DNA of 64,000 nt from the NCBI GenBank assembly GCA_000002445.1, contig CP000070.1:960001-1024000 (forward strand). The letters are read 5' to 3'. The notes below the pieces were generated by a model. That model was not told where the DNA came from, made no database searches, and saw only the letters and a program-made list of their open reading frames with translations. The position numbers were made by a program, and so were the translations under genes. This document shows, piece by piece, positions 44,929 through 56,600 of the stretch. This DNA comes from Trypanosoma brucei (taxonomy: Eukaryota). Position 1 is the first letter of the stretch. Every line of letters starts with the position of its first letter.

Positions 44929-47913
44929 CTACACTCGCCGAGGCGCAGAAGAACCGTCCACCGCCTCAAGAGGGGTAGCCGCGCCGCCATCCCATAAGAA
45001 CCTCAGAGCTCTCTGCACTGAACACATGGTAAGGATGTAGGAGGCTTTGCGTTGAAGACCGCCCTGCGGCTGAAGTCCAGAAACAAGTGAAAGTGGATCG
45101 TGTGATTCACTGGAGCCACAGTGAACCGGGGTACCAGCCACTGTATCGCGTGGATCACGAAGCTCATAATACCATGCCCGTAGCAAAGTGTAGCGTATAC
45201 GCTCAAATAACTCCTCGATGCTCGACTTCAAATTGAGTTTTGGGGGTTTAATGGAGCAGAGGTTGCAGTTGGTGTAGTGAAGAACGTCGGTTTTCAGTTC
45301 CTCTTCCACAGCCAAAAAAAGTTGCTCCTTGCTCTCTCTGCATGGCAAACCCTCAAGGGCAGCAGGACCGAGAGGTAACCGCAGAAATGCAAAACGACAG
45401 TTCTTTGATATTTCTTCACCTGCATGGTCCGACAACCACTTTGTTGCAACCGCCCACGATATGTTGGCGTTTGAGGATAACCAGTGGAGCAGCATCGGTG
45501 GGAAAACGGCGCGCGCACCACACTTTTTGAGTGACCTACTCAGGTTACCGCTTGCCTTCAACACCCCAGCCTTTGTCACACTTTCACTTGTAGCTGTGTG
45601 GCCCCACTCGGTTCTTGCCTCTTCATGTTGTGTCATCGCCTTCATAGTCCAGAAGAGCCAGACAACGAGGACCGGTTCATCAAAGAGGGTGGATGGAATC
45701 TCTGACAACAGCTTTAGCCACTGAAGCGCATCGTCATGGCACCCACTTCGGGGCGCTTTGTCGCATCCTTTAACTAGTCCCAGACTCGCAACAGCCATGG
45801 TAAACGAGTCAACAGCTCCCTCGATGGCAAGGTACGTGCGGGAGTGTTGATGAAGTGCCTCCGGTACCTCCTCACACTTCCCCCTCAGTGGTGTGGACCC
45901 GCCTCCCCTAATTGCATCGATAGTGAGGCGAAACAAAACAGCAGCATCGCCGGGACGCTGACGCTCCGTGATCATGTAACAGATGACGTCGAAAAGCAAG
46001 ACGGGCATTTCCACCACAAGTTCGGGCACGTCCCCCTCCAGTAGTGGCTCCTTACACATGGATAAAAGTAGATCGACAACTTGTGGGTACCGTGGTTCGC
46101 CTACAAACTCCAGAAGCTCAAAAAGGAGGTGTTTCCTGTCGCCGGAGTACAACTTTTGCGAAAAATACTTTCTCATTACCCCGACTGCCTCTTCAGGTCT
46201 ACACCGCTCGTTTTCCTTGCACAAAGCGGCAACCTCAATGCAAGCCTGGCGTACAGAAAATTCTTCAGCTACCCTATGAAATCCACCCCTGCGAAGGGTA
46301 TCCACCACTACCTCTTGCACATGCAAGCCAAGGGCAAAGTTGCACGGCAGCAACCGCTTTTCTACAACCTCTTCTCTGAAAAGAGAAGGTGTTAGTCGGG
46401 CAGCTAGCGCAGCAACAACCTCGGGACAGAGCAAGGCCGCAAACGATGCGCACGACAAGCAAGCAGCAGAGTCACTGCATCCAGCGGACAAAAGGGATGA
46501 CCAGTCATCCAGCATCTTGAGTACGTCTTCTGACGCTGACCCTTTGGCGATTAATCGAGTAAGGAGCAACAATTTTGACGCAATGTGGGGCGACTGCCGC
46601 CCCGCGAGCGGCCGAATCAAATAGGGGTTGGCCCATGTTTGTGCTAATCGGGCACAAAACGCGAAGTCGGCACCACGTGTGGCCACCTCCACTAGTCGGT
46701 GAAAAACTTCTTCTTCCTCCGCCTGCACATCTCCTCTTCCCTCCACGGCAAAAGCCGTGAGGCCGACAAACTGCAGGACCTCAAGACTGCTCTCCTCCAG
46801 CATCAGTTTCATGCGTAAGGGAGTGAGGTCAGATGCACAGTTCCCATACTCTCCCCCAGAGTTCCCATCCGCCGCCATTGTTAACCACGGAATCCTCTCA
46901 TCTCTCTCCACAGTGTCAGTGCCACCAACAGCGCACTCAGGGGGTAAGGGGTAATCGGACGAAGCTGGGGAAAGCATCCTCGCTAACGCACACCTCGGTT
47001 CAGCTTTCCCCTTGAGCATACTCCAGTACGTCTCCCATTCCGTTAACAGCATGCCCATCAACGGCGCCAACGAAGGGGGTTCGATACACTTCCGGTAGTG
47101 CACATCGTGACCCATCTTCGTCAGCACATATTTGACCTCGCAGCGTGTGTACATTTTGTGAAGCTCGATCAGATATGAGTTTAAAAGATTGTAATGATGC
47201 AGGTTGTGAACAGTCCGCAAAACATCCGGCCATCGACCCCTTTGACCGTTATGTTCAAGGGATAAATTGATGATGACACAAGGGGCCGAAAGAACGGACA
47301 GCAGACCTTTCAAGAACACACATCGGTCCTTATCTTCTTCGTGATCCAAAAAGCGCCCACCACTGGCGTCGGCACTCGTTTTTCCATCTGCGCGTGCTTG
47401 CGATGAGTTCCTCAGCTTCCTCACGGCAAATTGCAGTCTATGATACAGTGGTCTAAGTGTCGACTGGTGTTCGGCACATCGAAGCAAAAACAATGTCGCA
47501 AACGGCAGTTCCAAGTCGGAAACATCATTAGCAATGCAGTGGATCGAATTCGACTCCTTCATTGATGCAGGCTTTGGGGGCGCCCCGTCCAGAACAGCGT
47601 CGCCACGAGGAGGAAGAAAAGGAATGGAACAATGCCTGACTGAGTCGCATGACACAGAATCACACGAGTCTCCGGAAGATACACTACGTAGCTGAAGGTA
47701 GAGAAAAAATATGGCTTCGGCAGCGACAGGGAGACGTCGCTTGTGCAAAAAGTCATAACAAGTAAGTGCGGACCTCCAGCAATGCATTCGCGCGCATATG
47801 AGCTCCGTCGTTGACAATGTCCAATGCGGCCGTGAGGTACCTACTTTGGGCAACCCTCTGCCGTGCAACATCAATTTCAAAATACCATGCAGTGGTGTTT
47901 GGGGAAATGGCAT
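44929..47913 (-). CDS. Large hypothetical protein (~994 aa), Leu-rich/helical, no recognised catalytic motif
   Basis: ~3 kb uninterrupted ORF with non-repetitive, coding-like composition. The track start at 47922 is GTG; the first ATG is at 47913 (verified). Confidence 0.6.
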   Translation of the reverse strand: MPFPQTPLHGILKLMLHGRGLPKVGTSRPHWTLSTTELICARMHCWRSALTCYDFLHKRRLPVAAEAIFFLYLQLRSVSSGDSCDSVSCDSVRHCSIPFLPPRGDAVLDGAPPKPASMKESNSIHCIANDVSDLELPFATLFLLRCAEHQSTLRPLYHRLQFAVRKLRNSSQARADGKTSADASGGRFLDHEEDKDRCVFLKGLLSVLSAPCVIINLSLEHNGQRGRWPDVLRTVHNLHHYNLLNSYLIELHKMYTRCEVKYVLTKMGHDVHYRKCIEPPSLAPLMGMLLTEWETYWSMLKGKAEPRCALARMLSPASSDYPLPPECAVGGTDTVERDERIPWLTMAADGNSGGEYGNCASDLTPLRMKLMLEESSLEVLQFVGLTAFAVEGRGDVQAEEEEVFHRLVEVATRGADFAFCARLAQTWANPYLIRPLAGRQSPHIASKLLLLTRLIAKGSASEDVLKMLDDWSSLLSAGCSDSAACLSCASFAALLCPEVVAALAARLTPSLFREEVVEKRLLPCNFALGLHVQEVVVDTLRRGGFHRVAEEFSVRQACIEVAALCKENERCRPEEAVGVMRKYFSQKLYSGDRKHLLFELLEFVGEPRYPQVVDLLLSMCKEPLLEGDVPELVVEMPVLLFDVICYMITERQRPGDAAVLFRLTIDAIRGGGSTPLRGKCEEVPEALHQHSRTYLAIEGAVDSFTMAVASLGLVKGCDKAPRSGCHDDALQWLKLLSEIPSTLFDEPVLVVWLFWTMKAMTQHEEARTEWGHTATSESVTKAGVLKASGNLSRSLKKCGARAVFPPMLLHWLSSNANISWAVATKWLSDHAGEEISKNCRFAFLRLPLGPAALEGLPCRESKEQLFLAVEEELKTDVLHYTNCNLCSIKPPKLNLKSSIEELFERIRYTLLRAWYYELRDPRDTVAGTPVHCGSSESHDPLSLVSGLQPQGGLQRKASYILTMCSVQRALRFLWDGGAATPLEAVDGSSAPRRV

Positions 47914-48425
47914 AGCAGGCACATACTAAAGCTTTATGCGCAGCAGTGCCCCGGTTCCTCTTCCTATATTACCTCTAATCCCTTCGTGAGGTGGCCACAA
48001 TGTACCTATGAGACGATAATTGGGTAATTACGGAAACGAGCGCTATTAAAGAGGTCAAACAAGCATTTCTTCGTTAGCGCACACGCTCACATGAACAAGA
48101 AAAAGGTTAGCAGTATCGGCGCGCTAGGCCCCTCAGGGTGAAGCAGTCGAGCGAAATGTGGTGAGAAGGGTTGGCTCGGTAAATTGCAATGTCGTGCCTT
48201 TCTGGATGAAAGTGATGCCAGCAGCACCCCCAGCTGTTGGAGTTTCCGTAAAACTAGCTCTCCGCACGGTGGTGCTCTGCAAAACAGAGGCGGGGCATAA
48301 GGCAGCGCATTCCCGAGGGAACAAAACACGCGTACACACGCATAAGTCAAAGCAACCAGACACAGCCCGCTGATGTAACCTCACATCCGAAAGCCGGAAC
48401 CGCTTGCAATATGCCATCCTCGCGG

Positions 48426-49145
48426 TTAGTTGTTCTTTTTAACGACAGCCTTGGCCTCGGTAGTACCAACTTGCCTCCGATCCGCAGCTTTGTACAAAAT
48501 ACACTGCATTACGATGACAAAATTAAGGAAAACGACAACGCCAAACTGTGTTAGCATGATGTCCCTGCCCTTGTCGGAAGGAATGTTGTGAAATGTTGTT
48601 AACAGACGCGAGATACCCCCAGACATAGCCAGGAAAAAAGTCAAAGCAGACAATTGACCTGTTGATTTGTTCTGATAATTTATCACTATCTGAGGTATGC
48701 GACTACCGAGCGCGAAAAAAATTTGTAGACGCAACATCCCTTCATGGATATTTCGAGGAGCATACCCAGCCGACATAAAAACTAGCAGGAAAACAGCAAC
48801 AATAAATACTAGCACAGTAATGAGTAGTTTTCTCTGCATACACCCAACGATAAGTAGGAGCAAAAACATCTCGATCATTATGAGGGTACTTTCGCCGTAG
48901 TCTTTAAACATTAACGACCGTGCAATACCCCAGCTACTCGATATAACACAAGACATCAGTTCGACAACAAGTGATATAATTGATATACCGTCAGCGCTGT
49001 GATTCCGCAATATCTTTACTATCTGCGGTAGCTTCAGTAGGACAGATCCAAACACAATGCCATATGGGAGAATTGTGGCCAGCATTTGTCTCATAATCAC
49101 TTCGACTCCACCTACCTCATCTCTGCCCAGATATTTTTGTTGCAT
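48426..49145 (-). CDS. MPDU1: Mannose-P-dolichol utilization defect 1 (MPDU1/Lec35) homologue, PQ-loop repeat membrane protein
   Basis: Two PQ-loop motifs, 'LLKLPQIVKILRNHSADGISIISLVVEL' and 'RIPQIVINYQNKSTGQLSALTFFLAMSGGISRLLT'. They closely parallel human MPDU1 '[28 protein letters not shown]' and '[30 protein letters not shown]'. ATG verified. Confidence 0.85.
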   Translation of the reverse strand: MQQKYLGRDEVGGVEVIMRQMLATILPYGIVFGSVLLKLPQIVKILRNHSADGISIISLVVELMSCVISSSWGIARSLMFKDYGESTLIMIEMFLLLLIVGCMQRKLLITVLVFIVAVFLLVFMSAGYAPRNIHEGMLRLQIFFALGSRIPQIVINYQNKSTGQLSALTFFLAMSGGISRLLTTFHNIPSDKGRDIMLTQFGVVVFLNFVIVMQCILYKAADRRQVGTTEAKAVVKKNN

Positions 49146-49515
49146 ACCTCAGGCTCTCAATATCGGAACAGATTCTCTTCCGGTATCAACTGGTGTGATT
49201 TACCTGCTCACGTCCCAACACAGATGCACCTTGAAGACTTTAAGTATAGCAGTTGCCCCTTTTCACAAAAAAGGAAAGTATTAGTAGTAACAATAATGGT
49301 GAAGAGAGAGTAACGATTCACACAAAAACACTTTAAGACAATCAGCGGATAAAACGCGGCGAAACCACGATGGCGTGCAGTATTTTAAAATATATATATA
49401 TATATATATTAAACGCCAAAACAGTTGAAGAAGCCTACTACGAGAGCGGAGTCAAGAGGAAACGAGCCAGGACAATACAAATGATATACCCTCCACCTTT
49501 AGTCACAGTGGTTAA

Positions 49516-50286
49516 TCAAAGCTCATCAAAGTCTACTTTCGCATCCATGATGCGGATTGCCGACATCATGCCCCTCAGCAGGGATTTCGCTCTGCCGTAA
49601 AAATGTATATGAGCACTGTCATGATCTAATCCGTTATTAAACACGGGCATGACACTACCATTGTGTGGAAATAAGAAAAGGACCCTAGGATAGTACTCAC
49701 CCTGTGGTGACATAGCTTTGATCATTTCATCTTCACCTTTACCATTCTGCTTTGTTCTCCGCTTATTGCCACGTAACCGGGGGTGAATTTCACCAAACGC
49801 AGGCCGCGGATAAGGAGAACTACGCAATATTTCATCCACTGTTTCAGCGCTTACCATAGTCATGTACTCGCTCAAAAGCTCAAACTCGGGGCTCACCCCA
49901 AGTTCCTCAATTAACATACGACACGCAGGACAATTTTCCTTGTGGAAAAAAATAAACACAGGCAGGTGACAGAGCGCAATGGGTGACTGAGATCTTGATG
50001 TTGCCAACAGATGTAAGTCACGTTGGCCATCGTATGTATCATTAGCATTTACATCCCCCGAGAAACCATTTGACAACACGGTACAGCGTGCAACAGAAAC
50101 TCGGTGGACCAATTGCGGCCAGTTCACCCACGGTATGTGCCCAGTATGTCTGACTAACGTAGAACTCGTGGAGCTGGTGCCACTCCTCGTGTTTTGGGTT
50201 CCATGACCCCTATAGTTGGGTTCAAGCATTTCTCCGAAGATAGAAGACCCCCACAACATCAAGATTACTAAAAAATTAATGAGCAT
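49516..50286 (-). CDS. Secreted/ER thioredoxin-fold protein of the TXNDC12/AGR (ERp18-like) type with CPAC motif and C-terminal FDEL
   Basis: Signal-peptide-like N-terminus MLINFLVILMLWGSSIFG. Also 'FHKENCPACR' (CxxC), 'YYPRVLFLFP' (cis-Pro region) and a KDEL-like C-terminus 'KVDFDEL'. The track start at 50451 is TTG. In-frame ATGs at 50349 and 50286 were both verified; 50286 was chosen because it yields the signal peptide. Confidence 0.55.
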   Translation of the reverse strand: MLINFLVILMLWGSSIFGEMLEPNYRGHGTQNTRSGTSSTSSTLVRHTGHIPWVNWPQLVHRVSVARCTVLSNGFSGDVNANDTYDGQRDLHLLATSRSQSPIALCHLPVFIFFHKENCPACRMLIEELGVSPEFELLSEYMTMVSAETVDEILRSSPYPRPAFGEIHPRLRGNKRRTKQNGKGEDEMIKAMSPQGEYYPRVLFLFPHNGSVMPVFNNGLDHDSAHIHFYGRAKSLLRGMMSAIRIMDAKVDFDEL

Positions 50287-51320
50287 GTTCTTCAATGTAT
50301 CGGTGAAAGGGGGAAGAAAGCCTAATATACAGGTATTATATTGACGCATACAAAAATATACAACTCCTCTTTCGGTTTCTTTTAAACACAAAATTATGAA
50401 TGCACAAAATGCAAAATTGGGAAATTTCTCGGACTTAGTCAAAAACAGCAACCAGTAGGACAGAGTTTTTTTTTTATATTTCTGCCGGATAATAACAACA
50501 ATTGCTCTATAACATAGAAGGCAATTTTATATATAATATATATGTGCCACCTTTAATTATGGTGGCACAACGGAAGGACAAATTGATTCCTTCTTCAACG
50601 AGCAGCATCCACATAACTAAGAGTTAAAACACCATCGTTTGGCAATACTTCCCCTTCTTACCCACTGTCTGTCTATGTTATCGGTAGCAATCCGACGTAT
50701 ACCCAAGTCCAAAATACGAAGTTCAGCGGTATCACACTGCTACAAACAAGAAAAGTTCATGATATCATGAAGTATGCACATTACAGCAATCTCTTATTTA
50801 TTCTGTGACAAATAAAAGACGGAATAAAAAAGAAAGCAGGTCGCTAAAAAATGGAACGACTGTGAAACTCCTTCCATCCGGTGGTGAGTGCGACCGCAAA
50901 TCAAAATTGAAGAGAGGGAGGAGCCAAATAAAAGAAAGATGGGGTGGGCGCATTTGTGTCGCCGGATTGAAGGGAAAAAAAACAACCCCGGTAGCGGCTA
51001 AAAGAGATAACGTATCCTTTCCCTTGTGTGTTTCAAGTGTCCGCACTTCGTTTACTTCCACAACAGTCAAATGATATATTGGGGCACAAGCTACTCAACT
51101 GGCTACACATGTGCAGGGAAACAGCTGAAAAAAAAAATGTGTAACTCTTTGTCCCAATGCTTGTATTCCACTGACTTGTGTTCCCTCGGGGGGAGGGGGG
51201 AGGGACCATCCTTCCTAAATATCTTCTTAACCCATTATTCTCCTACACGTCGGACAACCGGGGGCGGAGATCAGTACAATGTAACAATACAAACAAATGC
51301 AATAATCGTTTGTGTGTGCT

Positions 51321-53651
51321 TCAATCAACCTGCGCCAAAAAGGGGTGAGAAAGAAGGTCCTTGCTCCGTGGACGCGCCTTGTGATCAAGAGTTAGACACG
51401 CCTCAACAAATGATATAAAGGCGCTATCAGTGACGTTATGAGCAGCCAATTTTTCCCTAAGAACTCGATACGGGCGCTCTTCAGAGATAAGACTCTCCGT
51501 ATCCCGGGTACCGTTGTTTTCCGCATCTGTACCTTCGGCATCTGGGTTCTTGATGCCCGATGACTGCGGCACTGGCGTGTACAAATAGTAATATGAAGAA
51601 TCTTCTCCGGGATCATCCCCGTCCTTATTACCTTGTTCGTAGATACAGCCAAATTTATTTATAAATTTAGAAGTATGCCGACCTTCCCACAACATCCGTC
51701 TGGGAAACGGGCGGCCGCAGACATAAACAATACGAGCAAGCATTTCCGGCACTGTCTCAGATGTGAACAATACTTCTCCTGTCACAAGCTCCGCCAAAAT
51801 TGCCCCAAGAGACCATACATCGATCCTCCCATCATAATCACATCCCAGGATAACTTCTGGAGCACGGTAACTTCTGCTTTGGATGTAAGAGCTTAAATGA
51901 TCGCTCAAAAAACAACTACTTCCAAAATCAATCACCTTTATTAAGCACCGTCTGTGGGAAACAAATAAAATATTTTCTGGCTTCAGATCCGCATGAATCA
52001 AGCTTAAACTGTGAACGTATGTTAGGGCCTCTGTGATTTGTCGTGCAATGCGGCGCAACCTTGGTATGGTAAAGTAAAATGTTTCCTCTTCCTCGCGATT
52101 ATACTTGGAATATTCGTAAAGGTTATCCGATAGCAATTCCGTCACCAACATCGTATGTTCCTTGTAGTAAAAGCTGTCAATCAACCGAATGACATGGGCT
52201 TTATCAGGATCCTTGTATTTGTTTATTAGCGTCAGCAAGCGTATTTCATCCAGCGACTGATCAAAAAAGTCCTTGGAGTTGTTGATTATTTTGAGGCAAA
52301 CTTCGACATAACCAACAACTTTCCTTTTCTTTGCATCGTTTGAAACACCACCATTCTCGGTATCGACACACCGGTTTTGCGCATCTGTGGTTGCGGTCCT
52401 ATCCTTATCCTCTACTTTGACGTCATCCTCATATATGGGTTGAGAAAGGTCATAGCATCGCACCGCACGGCTAAATGTTGCTTTCCCCAACATCTCCACT
52501 ATCTGGTAACGGTCAGCCACAATTGTACCGCGTTCAATCGGAAATGTCTTCTCCTCTTCAAATCCAGTTTTTATGGGATCCATGATTACACGAAGGTTGA
52601 AACTCCCCATGGTCACAGGTGCCTTGCCTTCCTTAGCCAAACGTCGAAATTCTTGTCTTCTTTCCTCCCTAGCTCGAACAGCATCAAACATCACTCCTCG
52701 CTCCAGTTCCACTACAAACTCAAAGGGTGATACTGGTTTGAAGCGCGAACGTTCAGCATCCGTCGTTGCGCACTCATCGTATTTGTATCCGACAAAGTCT
52801 TTAACGGTGACGTGCGCTGGTCTTTTAGACGATGAAAGTCCACCACGACGAATTGTCTCCGAAAATGTTTTGCTCAAGAAACGAGCCTGACCCTCAGTAA
52901 TTCCGCCACCAAATGGAAATGAAGGAACACGGTATACTTTTTTCGTACCAACAACTGCTGCATCATCCATGTAATCACTTTCTTTGTCCTCATCTTTATC
53001 CTCGCTACTATCCTCAACAGCTTCCCCCGTTTCGGAGTGAAGAAGCAGTGGTTCAGGCTGCCAGGTACAGCCACTTATGTCCTGATAAAGTGCGGGGTCC
53101 ACAGCCTTAAAAACAACTTGAGTTTTGACACCGTCGTAGACATTATCATCAGAATCAGCCGAAAAGTCTGCTCCCATCGTACAAGCGCTGAATAACTGCG
53201 CCTTCGAATTAGGATAGAATCCACCTAAATCATGGCCGTCTTCACCACAGGCTTCCGGAGAACAAGAAGTTACCTCCGCTTCCGTATCATCTAATTCGCT
53301 TTCGCAAAACTCGGCAGCGTCACCTGAAACCTTTTTTGCGTAGCAGTTACCGGGTTTCGCATTGTTTGCAGTAGCCCCACCACTAATTCCACCTCCTCGC
53401 GTTACGGGGAACTCGCAAATTACATCATTGTGGCCCTGAGTCCTTTGTTGCCTCGCAGGGTGTTTGGTCAGTGGCGCTGTTGACTCCAGGACACTTAAAA
53501 GAGCATCATACGACTTACAACTTTCCACGTTACGGGACCTTCGACGGATAGCTTCAGTGGATTCCAACATCGACTTTGCGAGCGCCTTTATTTCTTCAAT
53601 TATGGTGTCGGTTGATGCACCACATCTCTTCAACCCATCAGCGGGTTCCAT
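51321..53651 (-). CDS. DYRK-family dual-specificity protein kinase with long N-terminal extension
   Basis: C-terminal kinase domain: HADLKPENIL (catalytic loop), VIDFGSS (DFG), activation loop 'SSYIQSRSYRAPEVILG' (DYRK YxY-type), DVWSLGAILAEL. ATG verified at 53649-53651. Confidence 0.85.
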   Translation of the reverse strand: MEPADGLKRCGASTDTIIEEIKALAKSMLESTEAIRRRSRNVESCKSYDALLSVLESTAPLTKHPARQQRTQGHNDVICEFPVTRGGGISGGATANNAKPGNCYAKKVSGDAAEFCESELDDTEAEVTSCSPEACGEDGHDLGGFYPNSKAQLFSACTMGADFSADSDDNVYDGVKTQVVFKAVDPALYQDISGCTWQPEPLLLHSETGEAVEDSSEDKDEDKESDYMDDAAVVGTKKVYRVPSFPFGGGITEGQARFLSKTFSETIRRGGLSSSKRPAHVTVKDFVGYKYDECATTDAERSRFKPVSPFEFVVELERGVMFDAVRAREERRQEFRRLAKEGKAPVTMGSFNLRVIMDPIKTGFEEEKTFPIERGTIVADRYQIVEMLGKATFSRAVRCYDLSQPIYEDDVKVEDKDRTATTDAQNRCVDTENGGVSNDAKKRKVVGYVEVCLKIINNSKDFFDQSLDEIRLLTLINKYKDPDKAHVIRLIDSFYYKEHTMLVTELLSDNLYEYSKYNREEEETFYFTIPRLRRIARQITEALTYVHSLSLIHADLKPENILFVSHRRCLIKVIDFGSSCFLSDHLSSYIQSRSYRAPEVILGCDYDGRIDVWSLGAILAELVTGEVLFTSETVPEMLARIVYVCGRPFPRRMLWEGRHTSKFINKFGCIYEQGNKDGDDPGEDSSYYYLYTPVPQSSGIKNPDAEGTDAENNGTRDTESLISEERPYRVLREKLAAHNVTDSAFISFVEACLTLDHKARPRSKDLLSHPFLAQVD

Positions 53652-56600
53652 GGCACTTATATATATACGTCCGAATATATATATATTAGAAATATATACA
53701 GCCCGCTTGTTTGCTTCCTTACTGCTACTACTACCTTTAAAGTATAAATCACTTTAACCACGAGTACCGGCGTGGGGAATTTCAAAAAGGTAAGGGTCAA
53801 TATTTCACGAAACGAACCAAATACGGAGAGGAAAAAGAAAAAAGAAAAAGTTGCTCCCCTTCTTACGTCCCCCTTTTTTTGAGGCACAATCTCCCAGTCA
53901 ACCTATAAAATAGGAAGCCAAGCGGATGACAAAAAGATGCTCCTCAATTCAGAATTTCGTTATATCATACATAATACGACACTTTAAAAAACGGTATCCA
54001 TATGCAGCGAGTCTCAGGCACGCAGAGAAAAAACGGATATAACGATTGTAGTCACCAATAAGACCAACATCAAATATATATATATATATAACTTGCACGG
54101 AACCTTACCGGTAGATTCGCTAGAAGTAGGAAAAACAGAAGTTAGTGTTCATTTTTTAAAAAAGGGCATCCAAGCACATGTACAAGATGTGGTTTAAAAA
54201 ACACATACACACAACTAGGCAAGAAAACGAACAGAAAATCGCGATGAGTGGAGCCATTTACGCTTTGTGGATGTTTACGGGAAGCTGCCCAGCAGTAGCC
54301 GGTAAATAACAATGTCACGTCTATGACTCCTCAGAAGTAGAATTTCAGGGATGAGCACAAGTCAGAAGAATGCGGTGACAGACGAAAACCAGGAGAGTCA
54401 ACAGTAGCCTCGCAAGCCCCATAACCACTCGTAAACCAAATTGACCCCCCCCCCCCCCGAAGACAAGCAACGAGACAGACATAACCCCACAGCACTACAG
54501 GAGACTGGAATACAAGTTGCCGACGCGGAGCCTTACCGGGAGTTACCTTGGGCCGATGTCGACACATTCGGCACCTCCGTGTGCGGACGTGGCGCCACAA
54601 CTGCTCCTTAGTAACACCGAAAAAAAGCGGAGCTTTTGCAGGCTCCCCAAAGTCCAAAACTGTAAACGATTCCTTCATTCCTAGACGTTCTGAAAGATCC
54701 TTTGTGGGCGCCAACGAGCCACTCCTTAGCAAAGCAACGGCAACAACCAAAAGCTGCATAAGCGACACGGGTCCGATCGAACGAAGAAAAACCAAGCCTT
54801 AGTGCACGACGTTCCCAAATTTGCCGCCTGCAGAGAATCGAAGGGCAGCTTTTGTTCGTGTGTCGATGTTTTTGATTTTGTCTTTGTTGAAGCGCAAGCG
54901 CTGAATGGCAGAACAGAATCAACAAAGGAAATGGAAAAGATGCCCCACCAGAGGAAACTCGCCTGACGCGACGGCGCCCACCGGCCACACGCAATTTCAA
55001 CCACAACATCGCCGACGCCAGCTTAGCCGTCCATCGCAGCAGCACCACTAACGCGCACGCAGGTGGATACGACCTCACGTGAATAAAACGGCATCAGTGA
55101 CGTAGCACTTGTGCATCCGTAAAACTACCGCTGGTGCGCGCTATGCGACACAACGTTCTGAAGGAGCAAAAACCCACCCAAAGACACGCATCACCTTCAA
55201 CTGCCAGAATCATACACTCAGCGAACACAATAGTCAACCCCAATCCCCGCGGTTGCTCCACTTCCTCACCGAATGGGGATTATTTTTTCGAACCTCGCTT
55301 GGAGATGACCCATTGGGGAATCAGGGAGATGTTTAACGGTGTCTACCCACCTCTTAATCAAACAGTGAGGCACATCACTGGCAGATCCAACCAACCATAA
55401 GCGTCAGACGGCAAAACACGTCACTTACTGACCGCACACCTTTCTGTAGGTTCCGCGTTTCTGCGCTTTCCAAGCGAATACCGGCCACCAGAAAAGAGAA
55501 GGCGCCCCATCATGATGCATTGCCGCGTCTGAGCCTACGAAACTGATCGTGCAAAGCGCAATCCTCATTAGGTGGAAGGATTGTAGCAGCAGACGATCCC
55601 GTTGTGGACGAAAGCATTCCTCCGGCAAATGAAAACTCCCCAAGGGATACAAAGCGCTTTTGCTGGCACCGACGACTGCAGCCGGCCGCTTCCCACTTTA
55701 TTTTGCAGCGACCTCAGACACTCACTTTCCTGTTCGACTGGAAGAAGTTGGGAGGGCATTGTAATCATGAAGGCGGTTGCACGATACGTTGAAGGGGCTC
55801 CCCACGGTTTCGAATCGTCGGTTGTTTATCATACGCATGGACGCACACTCCCTTAGGCGGCAAACGGAAACCAGAGTGTCCTACGGAAGGGTAGAGTTTC
55901 CTCAAAAAAAAAAAAGAACGCAACATCGGAAGCGTATCTGCTATTCTCGATGCAATAAAATGATTAGCTCGTGCGCATTTTCACTTCGGAAAGAAACATG
56001 CACTACGAGAACCCCACTGCTGCGTCTGCCAGTTCACGTTGAAAACAAATTTACGCCATTTTTCCGCAGGTGGGAGACCTTCTAGGAACCTTTCTTCGCT
56101 TCTGCCTTTCTAACGGTGACCACGCCTTGCATATTAACGCGTCCCTTTTGTTCACTTCCGGTGCCCCCCCCCACGGTGGAACTATTGCTGCTTTCAAAGA
56201 ATTCAATGACACATACAGAATCTTAGTACCCACGGGTTGCTCACGGTGATGACTGTTACGCTGATACTAACCAACACCTACTCACATGGTCCCTTTGTTT
56301 CGGCCTCGTAAGCAGCCGCAGGGCGCGAACGAGCAATTATATACAAAAAAGTAAGGCACCTACGTCTGAACATTTGTTTTACCTAGAGCGGAAAAAAGAT
56401 AGGGTGTGTCCTCCCCGATCTTCTTGAGGGAGAGTTTGGCCAACCTCGTAGGGAAGTTTTCCCCGCCCATGTCGAATGCCCTATCGAGGCGGTAGGATAC
56501 ACCGCCGCCAGGACGAACCCAGACACCCGCACGCGTCCTGGTCTTCGGGGATTGGGAAGGGCTGACAACTTTGTGAAAGGGATAAAAGGTAACTTTATCG

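Noticed and set aside
45329-46624. Several 60-130-aa plus-strand ORFs opposite CDS 44929..47913, and similar antisense ORFs opposite other long genes (e.g. 19935..20483, 20904..21293, 26236..26808)
   Set aside because: They are antisense to long, well-supported minus-strand CDSs in a unidirectional polycistronic array, and they show an Arg/Ser/Pro-rich composition typical of antisense frames of GC-balanced genes.
54331-55078. Overlapping 154- and 156-aa minus-strand ORFs inside the strand-switch region
   Set aside because: The translations are Arg/Cys/Ala-rich with no motifs, the ORFs overlap each other out of frame, and they are typical GC-rich random ORFs. Coding cannot be excluded without expression data.
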